Below are positions 25,592 through 32,000 of a stretch of DNA of 32,000 bases, piece after piece. A program made the translations under genes and the position numbers. Below the pieces are notes generated by a model that saw nothing but the letters and a program-made list of their open reading frames with translations, did not search any database and had not been told where the DNA came from. Every line of letters begins with the position of its first letter. Positions within the stretch are counted from its first letter, which is position 1. Origin of the DNA: Staphylothermus marinus F1 (lineage in GTDB: Archaea; Thermoproteota; Thermoprotei_A; Sulfolobales; Desulfurococcaceae); contig NC_009033.1 in assembly GCF_000015945.1 (NCBI RefSeq), positions 1,350,001 to 1,382,000 of the forward strand. The letters are read 5' to 3'.

Positions 25592-25689
25592 GATTCTTTT
25601 AAATATCTATATTGTTTACTTTATATTGAAACCATATATTTTAATTACACCATTAAAATAAATCATTTACCGTATCAATAGTTATTAAC

Positions 25690-26145
25690 TTGAATAATTT
25701 ATTAAATCATACTTGGATTACCAAGCTTAACAAAAGATATGGGGGGGAAGAAAGTATTTTGTCATCCAAGGAACAAGAAGACTTCTTACAATGCCCATGC
25801 GGCAAAACATATAGATCGCCAGATGAATACAAAATAGTTTTCGTTAAAAAAGATCAATGCGAAATAGATATTCTTTGCGCAAATCCTGCTTGTCACCTTA
25901 AAGAACTGGGTTATATAAAATTTAAGGTTGATAAGGAGAAGAAAAAAATACATGTAGAAGTAGCATCATTTTATTCACCATATGTTACTTGGAACGCGAC
26001 TAGGCTAGGCCGTGAAAAAGCTAGAAGGCTTCTTGAAAAACATCTCCGATATATTGTTGAGCAGAGAATTGATTGGAAAAGAATAGCTGAGGATGCACCC
26101 AGTATTTGTACGGAAAAAATAGAGGTTCACGAGCTAGAAAAATAA
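25690..26145 (+). CDS. Hypothetical Cys-rich (possible zinc-ribbon) protein
   Basis: 'LQCPCGKTY...DQCEIDILCANPACH' gives a C-x-C ... C-x6-C-x4-C arrangement. Ends 15 nt before the cytosolic GH57 gene. Start is uncertain: TTG 25690, or in-frame TTG 25759 just after a G7 tract. Confidence 0.5.
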   Translation: MNNLLNHTWITKLNKRYGGEESILSSKEQEDFLQCPCGKTYRSPDEYKIVFVKKDQCEIDILCANPACHLKELGYIKFKVDKEKKKIHVEVASFYSPYVTWNATRLGREKARRLLEKHLRYIVEQRIDWKRIAEDAPSICTEKIEVHELEK

Positions 26146-26160
26146 TATGGGTGATTTGTT

Positions 26161-28080
26161 TTGGAAGTATTGGATAAGTATTCTTCGTTGATAAAGCCCA
26201 AGTTAATTAATAATATTGAAGCCTACATGGTTTTTGATAAACCAGCTCATAAACCCAATGCTGAAGCAAAAATCTATGTTCTTCTAAATAATCATGGGTC
26301 GAGACGAGATATACATTATAAAATTGTTTCCATAGATAGAAACAGGGAAGTATTTTCTAAAAGGATAAATGTTGACGAGAAAAAATTTTTGATCGAAACT
26401 ATTTCTATAGAGACTCCGGATAAGCCTGGTAGATTCTGCTATAAATTATTTATTGATAATGAACAAATAGATAATACATGTTTCTTAGTAGGTGATCCGA
26501 GTTCGAGAGAACAAATGTATTTTACAATTGTATGGCATCATCATCAAGCCCCCAATTATTTGCCTGATGGACGAATACATGGACCATGGGCTTATATCTA
26601 TGTTTGGAGCGATCTGTTAAAACCATATGGTAAAGGACCATATCATTATCACTCGGTAATGTTGAATATACATCCACATTTTAAAGCAACATATAATCTC
26701 AGTCCAAGCCTTCTCAGACAATGGCAGATAGCAGTTGAGAAAGGTGTAGAATTTGTTAATGGTGAAAAATATGATCCAAACCATGAGAAAATAAGGCTTG
26801 TAGAAGAAACTTTGAACAATTATAGAGAAGCATTATTTAAAGGCCAGATCGATGTATTGACCAGTATTTATGCACATACCATAGGGGGATTCTTAACCGA
26901 CGTACTAGGAGCAACTAATATTGTTGAAGAAGAGATAAGGTATGGTAAAGAAGTCACAAGCAAAATCATGGGTAACAATTATAATCCTCAAGGTATATGG
27001 ACTCCTGAAATGGCTTTCTCAATGAAACTAATCCCCATATACTATGATCTAGATATTAAATACACTGTTCTAGATGATAAGTTTCATTTCTTCCATGCAG
27101 AGGGAAATAAGGATAGTCAATACGAGCCCTACATGGTGATCGACACAGAGTCAAAGAAATATATAACAGTGTTCTTCAGAGATCATGATCTAAGCGACAT
27201 CCTTGGTTTTAGAAATAATTTCTACAGCGAGCCGCATGCTTGGAGAAACGCATATGAATTCGCATTAAGAGTTGCCGAGAAATGGTTTGATAAAAACGTT
27301 AAAGTCCTTACAATCGCTCTTGACGGAGAAAACTGGATGTCATTCTCAGTTAATCCACCGTTAACAGCGTATTTCTTAGACAAAATGATAATTTATCTTG
27401 AAACGTTAAGCGATAATAAATTTATTAAACTAAGCACTCTGCGAGAAATATATAATAAAGTACCAGCTAATCGTATATTGACAAATATACCTACAAATTC
27501 TTGGCTGGGAACCTTCCGTAAGTGGAGAGGAGAAGTCCCTCAGCACGAAGAATACTGGATTAAAACATATAGTGTTTATCGAAAACTACTAGCATACGAA
27601 GAAATGATTGGTGGTAGAGACGAGTTCAGTAATGAAGCAAGATGGGCTTTATGGCACGCATTGGATAGTGATTACTGGTGGGCAGAGTTTTGGTTACCTA
27701 AAATAATAGATACATGGCTAAGTGTGGCAGAGAATATTCTTAATAATAGAATAAATAAGATACAAATTATAGATGTGAGACCAGCATCTGAATTCTATGA
27801 AGACGAGAAAGCAGGCTTAGTTGTTACGATTAGAAACCAATTAGAGAAAGAAATACGTGTATCATTTGCTATAGGTGGTACGGGATTTTCATCTGTAAAT
27901 AATGATCTTGAAACAGTAAAAATGAACCCTAATTCGTCATATACAAGAATAATACCTGTAAAAGCTAAGTTCATAGGCAAACACAAAATGGTGGTTTCAG
28001 CGATTTCTAAAGGATTAATTATAGATAGCAAAATCATCGATATAAATGTGAAACCTAAACTATTACCAAATCCAAGATGA
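26161..28080 (+). CDS. Cytosolic GH57 amylopullulanase-like glycoside hydrolase (paralogue of 20419-22944, no signal peptide or anchor)
   Basis: 'FTIVWHHHQAPNYLPDG', 'IWTPEMAFSMKL', 'TIALDGENWMSF' and 'ALDSDYWWAEFW' are colinear with the secreted paralogue. Has one C-terminal beta-sandwich ('LVVTIRNQLEKEIRVSFAIGG'). TTG start with GGTGA about 8 nt upstream. Confidence 0.85.
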   Translation: MEVLDKYSSLIKPKLINNIEAYMVFDKPAHKPNAEAKIYVLLNNHGSRRDIHYKIVSIDRNREVFSKRINVDEKKFLIETISIETPDKPGRFCYKLFIDNEQIDNTCFLVGDPSSREQMYFTIVWHHHQAPNYLPDGRIHGPWAYIYVWSDLLKPYGKGPYHYHSVMLNIHPHFKATYNLSPSLLRQWQIAVEKGVEFVNGEKYDPNHEKIRLVEETLNNYREALFKGQIDVLTSIYAHTIGGFLTDVLGATNIVEEEIRYGKEVTSKIMGNNYNPQGIWTPEMAFSMKLIPIYYDLDIKYTVLDDKFHFFHAEGNKDSQYEPYMVIDTESKKYITVFFRDHDLSDILGFRNNFYSEPHAWRNAYEFALRVAEKWFDKNVKVLTIALDGENWMSFSVNPPLTAYFLDKMIIYLETLSDNKFIKLSTLREIYNKVPANRILTNIPTNSWLGTFRKWRGEVPQHEEYWIKTYSVYRKLLAYEEMIGGRDEFSNEARWALWHALDSDYWWAEFWLPKIIDTWLSVAENILNNRINKIQIIDVRPASEFYEDEKAGLVVTIRNQLEKEIRVSFAIGGTGFSSVNNDLETVKMNPNSSYTRIIPVKAKFIGKHKMVVSAISKGLIIDSKIIDINVKPKLLPNPR

Positions 28081-28095
28081 TCTTTAGATTTCAAC

Positions 28096-28101
28096 TTTTT
28101 T
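28096..28101 (+). terminator. Oligo-T tract after the cytosolic GH57 gene
   Basis: T6 lies 16 nt downstream of the stop codon, followed by TTTT. Confidence 0.35.
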
Positions 28102-28221
28102 AATTTTAAATAACAACACTATTGTACAACTACTTTTCGAGATAACTATATTTAATACAAAAAATAAGATTGTCTTTGAGGAATAAAACAAGGATAAGCG
28201 TCAAACATAAGGTTTTCAATA

Positions 28222-28965
28222 TTGAAAAGCACTATTCACTTAATAATATTAATTATGGTTTTAATGAGCGCTTTAATAATTAGTAGCTTAACGAATGCTG
28301 AATCATCGTTAAATGATCAATTAGTTTATGTCGATGTACATATCAACCATTACATTCGAGATAACAATATAACAATTAACTTCGTTGTAATAATAGTCAA
28401 TAACTATAATTCTATAATTGAGCTCGATGTTTTAAAGCATCCCCAAATTTTGATGCTAACAAATAATAGCGTAGTATATAGTAATAGATATGTATTATAT
28501 ACGGAGAAATTATTAGTTAAACCAGGTAAACATTCAATTGTTAATATATCCATTACTTCAAAGAATAAATTCGACGAAATTATAGCGTACTCCGGCAGAT
28601 ATCTGGTAGTAGTTAATGGAAAAGCATTATTTTCCGTAGAAGAACAAAAAAGAATTAGAATATATCTAATAAGTCATAATAATCAATTTAATGAATCAGA
28701 AACCCCATTCTCAATAAATACTATTAAAACAACAATATCTACTTCAAAACTCCAACAAAAAAATAATCAAAAACCAGAAACAATATCATACGTAGCTATT
28801 CCCATAGTTAATACTAATTCATCTCATTTGTTTAGTTTAGATTACCCTAACAGTACCCAAGATTCTACGTATATTTCATTATTCATAAGTATTTCAGTAG
28901 TGTTTTTCTCATTAATGATAACATATAAGATATACATTTTAGCAATAGAGCTATTACGGAAATAA
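28222..28965 (+). CDS. Hypothetical Asn/Ile-rich surface protein with N-terminal signal and C-terminal TM anchor
   Basis: Signal-like 'IHLIILIMVLMSALIISSLTNAES' and C-terminal TM 'YISLFISISVVFFSLMITYKIYILAI'. Very A+T-rich coding sequence. No family recognised. TTG start. Confidence 0.45.
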   Translation: MKSTIHLIILIMVLMSALIISSLTNAESSLNDQLVYVDVHINHYIRDNNITINFVVIIVNNYNSIIELDVLKHPQILMLTNNSVVYSNRYVLYTEKLLVKPGKHSIVNISITSKNKFDEIIAYSGRYLVVVNGKALFSVEEQKRIRIYLISHNNQFNESETPFSINTIKTTISTSKLQQKNNQKPETISYVAIPIVNTNSSHLFSLDYPNSTQDSTYISLFISISVVFFSLMITYKIYILAIELLRK

Positions 28966-29136
28966 TGAATAGTTTTTCAGATGCAATTCTTATAACCTTT
29001 ACTGAAAACCTATCATAATAAGGTTAAATGTTTATATGTTTTCTAACACTTATACATCTATATACTTTTCATTGTGGTCGTTTCATATTTAGAAAAGGCA
29101 AAAGATAATTAATTTTTTTCACTAATTAATAATGTT

Positions 29137-29616
29137 GTGGGATGTAGATTGCTTAGAAAAGCCAAACAAATATCAATGAAGCACCGGGATCCTTTAATAG
29201 AGCTTAGTGGTAGTAGTTTAGATGTATATATGTTGCTTCTTAAACATAAGGAACCTTTGAGTATAAGGGAAATACAGAGAATGATGGGGTTTAAGAGTCC
29301 TAATAGTGTCAGGCACCACTTAGAGAGATTGATAAGTTTGGGTTTTGTTGAGAAGACTAGATATGGATATATTGCTGTTAAACCTAGAGAATCAATTCTT
29401 GATTTGATTTTTGAATTTAAAGGCCTAGTCGTTCCAAAACAATTCTTTACATTGCTTGTAACAATTTTTCTTACTATAGGATATATAATATTGTTTACAA
29501 ATACAATCAATATTTACGTTCTATCATCATTTTTAGCAATAAATATATTACTACTAAATGATATCTTAAAGATCTATAATAGACTTAAAAACATAATAAA
29601 ACGTTACAGATCTTGA
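29137..29616 (+). CDS. Membrane-tethered winged-helix (ArsR/MarR-like) transcriptional regulator
   Basis: wHTH pattern 'SSLDVYMLLLKHKEPLSIREIQRMMGFKSPNSVRHHLERLISLGFVEK', followed by two hydrophobic helices ('FFTLLVTIFLTIGYIILFT' and 'IYVLSSFLAINILLL'). Start is GTG 29137 or ATG 29176. Confidence 0.7.
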   Translation: MGCRLLRKAKQISMKHRDPLIELSGSSLDVYMLLLKHKEPLSIREIQRMMGFKSPNSVRHHLERLISLGFVEKTRYGYIAVKPRESILDLIFEFKGLVVPKQFFTLLVTIFLTIGYIILFTNTINIYVLSSFLAINILLLNDILKIYNRLKNIIKRYRS

Positions 29617-29662
29617 CTATATATCTAAAACTGTCCCCCCAGCAATATTGTTGGTGACGGGG

Positions 29663-30604
29663 ATGAAGAGGATAGTAATAAGTCACTGGGACCTAGACGG
29701 TATAGCTGGAGCTACAATTGCAAATCTATATATGAATGTATCAAAAACGATTCTTTCATCAATTACGGCATTGACGAAATATTTAGCATCAGCAATTAAC
29801 TATGTTGGCGGACATGGCGAGATATGGATAATAGATCTCAATCCCCAAGCAAAACATGCTAGGGATTTAAGAAATATACTAGTTGAAGCACGAAGGAGAA
29901 AAATAAAAATTTACTGGTTTGATCATCACGAATGGGACAGGGAAATATATGATGCAATGATTGGATTTGATGATATATTATGGTATAGGGTTGATCCACG
30001 TACTATAGCGTCAGATCTCGTTGCTAGATATTTTAATGCTTTAAATAATGAATATGTTTTCAAACTAATCGATCTAGCGTTTGATGATGACTTCTTCATT
30101 AATAGATATGAAACAACAATAATGTGGAGGAGAGTTCTACGCTGGTATGGATGGCCTATAAGGTATAAGGCACTGGATTCCTTTATTAAAGGAGAAATAA
30201 GACCTGCTTGGATGCTTGAAATGTATAGGAGAGAAGTTAAGAACATTTATGAAAACCTGATTAGAGAAGCAATGGGACGAGTAGATAGTGTCGTTACAAA
30301 AAATGGATTGCAACTCCTAATATTCCAAGATGTTGATCCCCGAGTACATCCGGGAGAATTAACATCGATCGCTAAGCTAAACGGGCTAAAAGCTGATGTG
30401 TATATCATAAGGTATCCTAGAGGTGTAAGCTTAAGAAGTGATTATATAGATGTAGCTATGATCGCTAAAAAGCTTGGAGGAGGCGGACACAAAAACGCTG
30501 CTGGAATACCCGGATTAATTGATGTTAATAAAATACTGGAGATAATTAGTAACGAAGAAAAATTTAAGAAAGAAAGATTCTTTATCTTTTCGTATCTTCA
30601 ATGA
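29663..30604 (+). CDS. DHH/DHHA1-family phosphoesterase (NrnA/RecJ-like fold; substrate unknown)
   Basis: Motif I 'SHWDLDGIAG', motif II 'IWIIDLN', motif III 'WFDHHEW', DHHA1 motif 'LGGGGHKNAAG'. ATG 29663 is preceded by GGTGA at 29653-29657. The ORF is also open from TTG 29648. Confidence 0.85.
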   Translation: MKRIVISHWDLDGIAGATIANLYMNVSKTILSSITALTKYLASAINYVGGHGEIWIIDLNPQAKHARDLRNILVEARRRKIKIYWFDHHEWDREIYDAMIGFDDILWYRVDPRTIASDLVARYFNALNNEYVFKLIDLAFDDDFFINRYETTIMWRRVLRWYGWPIRYKALDSFIKGEIRPAWMLEMYRREVKNIYENLIREAMGRVDSVVTKNGLQLLIFQDVDPRVHPGELTSIAKLNGLKADVYIIRYPRGVSLRSDYIDVAMIAKKLGGGGHKNAAGIPGLIDVNKILEIISNEEKFKKERFFIFSYLQ

Positions 30605-30842
30605 ATCAGCCACTAACCTATTATATCCTATGCATATGTTATAGAAATCTTATAAAGCGAATATTATTCTGCGTTTGCCGAAACAACTAAAATATATGGT
30701 ACAAACAAACACTCTGTTTCTATATGGATAATACTAGGTTCTATAGATGTGGGATTCGTGTCAAAACATATATGTTTTATATCCCAGATACATTATACTA
30801 TTATGAGAAATAGAATATAGTCATTAATAGGTGAGTATTGTT

Positions 30843-32000
30843 ATGAGAAGGCTGCTCGTAATATTATCATTAATAATTATAGTTGGGCTGATAATGCCCT
30901 CTTTATCATTATCAGCCCCAGTAACTGTAGGGAACAAAGATCTTAACAAGTTCACTATTGATCCAAATTGGCAGAACAAGATACCTAAGAAACTATTTGA
31001 CGATGTTTACACAAATGCCAAAATTAAAAAGGCTGCTTTTATGCCGTATGGAATACAAACTGTTAAGAAGATAATGCTGTTCGATTCTAATAGTAGAACA
31101 TTACTGTTGATCGGCGATAATAGTGAAAATACAGTTAGATACATTATTCAAAACACTGAAAAGCTCCTCTACAAGTTCCCATTACTAGGCAACCATGTAA
31201 TTTACTATGTTGTCGCGACCCCCGATCAAGTTGTTAAACTAGCAAAATATCCAGGTATTTATAGAATAACACCTTCTCCACCCATTACTAAGTTGATAAA
31301 ACTAAACAATATGATTAAAAAAGCTGAAGGTGCTGGGTCAAGTTTTGAAATAAAAACTGCTGATAATAATGAGAACGCAACAATAGACACTAATATGGGT
31401 GTTAAATTGATTGGTGCAACTGAGGTTTGGAGAGAATACAATATTACGGGAGAAGGAATAGTTGTCGGAATCGTTGATACAGGAATTGACCTATCTAATC
31501 CAGATTTAGGATTAGACGTTATAGCTAGAGATGACAATGGTACTCCATTATTACTAGCTTATGATAATGGATTAACACTAGTAACTGGTAAAGCTGTAGC
31601 CTATAATGGTACATTAAATACGACAGGGTTAACGGTATTAGCGTTTGACCCATTATACACGCTCGTGTATGGTATACCGGTACTTATAGAAGCACAGTTC
31701 AACTATAACATAACTGTTGGAAACATAACTAGTCAGAGCGGTATATACCGTGTAGGATTAGCTCCATACTTATTCAGTGACACATTAACAGGCTACTATA
31801 TTAGAACATTTGTCCCAGTTGTCTTAGTAGACTCGGAGACTCCTGGCGTATATGATGAAGCATATTTTGACTTATCAACAGCATTCTATGATTTATCAGA
31901 ATACATGAGGTACTTAGAAAACGTGACTCTTGGACACATATATTGGAGAGCACCTGATCCAGCATGGAACGATACAAGCATAACTGATGAAACACCCTTC
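30843..32000 (+). CDS. Secreted subtilisin-like (S8) serine protease, N-terminal 386 codons only (runs off the window)
   Basis: This ORF is not in the supplied track because no stop falls within the window. My hand translation from ATG 30843 is stop-free to nt 32000. Signal peptide 'LLVILSLIIIVGLIMPSLSLSA', propeptide-like region, and catalytic-Asp motif 'GEGIVVGIVDTGID' (Asp codon 31476-31478). GGTGA lies 8 nt upstream. Confidence 0.8.
   Translation, partial: MRRLLVILSLIIIVGLIMPSLSLSAPVTVGNKDLNKFTIDPNWQNKIPKKLFDDVYTNAKIKKAAFMPYGIQTVKKIMLFDSNSRTLLLIGDNSENTVRYIIQNTEKLLYKFPLLGNHVIYYVVATPDQVVKLAKYPGIYRITPSPPITKLIKLNNMIKKAEGAGSSFEIKTADNNENATIDTNMGVKLIGATEVWREYNITGEGIVVGIVDTGIDLSNPDLGLDVIARDDNGTPLLLAYDNGLTLVTGKAVAYNGTLNTTGLTVLAFDPLYTLVYGIPVLIEAQFNYNITVGNITSQSGIYRVGLAPYLFSDTLTGYYIRTFVPVVLVDSETPGVYDEAYFDLSTAFYDLSEYMRYLENVTLGHIYWRAPDPAWNDTSITDETPF

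Noticed and set aside
25335-25661. 108-aa plus-strand ORF antisense to the mini-FtsX gene
   Set aside because: The opposite strand encodes a convincing FtsX core motif. This ORF runs into the promoter region and has no recognisable features.
25741-25747. G7 homopolymer as a possible slippage or phase-variation site inside the 151-aa ORF
   Set aside because: It more plausibly acts as an SD-like purine tract for the in-frame TTG at 25759. There is no evidence of frameshifted coding potential on either side.
29028-29108. 26-codon ORF (MFICFLTLIHLYTFHCGRFIFRKGKR) upstream of the wHTH gene
   Set aside because: It is too short, lies in very A+T-rich DNA and has no SD or TATA spacing that I could support. 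It cannot be told apart from a chance ORF without expression or conservation data.
29109-29510. 133-aa minus-strand ORF covering most of the wHTH regulator gene
   Set aside because: The plus-strand frame carries a clear winged-helix motif and TM helices. The minus-strand product is low-complexity (Ile/Leu/Ser/Lys) with no motif, as expected for a shadow ORF in A+T-rich DNA.
1-32000. Search for CRISPR arrays, tRNA/rRNA genes, C/D-box sRNAs, transposases, integrases and known defence genes
   Set aside because: No regularly spaced direct repeats were seen. No G+C-rich structured islands were seen, although these are expected for stable RNAs in an A+T-rich thermophile. Every RUGAUGA-like box I spotted lies inside well-supported CDSs without a matching CUGA spacing. 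No DDE, tyrosine-recombinase, Cas or restriction-like motifs were recognised. A visual scan cannot exclude small ncRNAs.

Overview
The window is A+T-rich and looks archaeal. Proteins are rich in Ile, Lys and Tyr. TATA-like boxes sit about 26 nt before apparently leaderless first genes, and GGAGG/GGTGA Shine-Dalgarno motifs precede internal operon genes. TTG and GTG starts are common, and oligo-T tracts follow operons. Several proteins resemble Thermococcales or Desulfurococcales enzymes, so a hyperthermophilic Desulfurococcales-like crenarchaeote is my tentative guess only. I can support 23 protein-coding genes. I found no rRNA, tRNA, CRISPR array, transposase, integrase or recognisable defence gene.

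Theme 1 is alpha-glucan metabolism. It includes four GH57 paralogues: an AmyC-like enzyme, a 4-alpha-glucanotransferase type, and a secreted/cytosolic pair of amylopullulanase-like twins. It also includes a GT5 glycogen synthase, a GH1 beta-glycosidase and an MFS transporter.

Theme 2 is unusual envelope machinery. It includes a 1476-aa fusion of an M28/PA peptidase-like ectodomain to a MacB/FtsX-type ABC permease and two tandem OPT-superfamily membrane proteins. It also includes a separate operon of an ectodomain-less FtsX plus two canonical ABC ATPases that carry gene-conversion-like identical tracts, and the start of a secreted S8 protease.

The candidates most worth follow-up are:
- the peptidase-like/FtsX fusion and its possible partnership with the distant ATPase operon;
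- a PqqD/RRE-like gene plus two unknown genes translationally coupled to glgA;
- a centred palindrome in the divergent GH1/GH57 promoter;
- a membrane-tethered wHTH regulator.

All family assignments come from motif recognition by eye. No database search or alignment was run.
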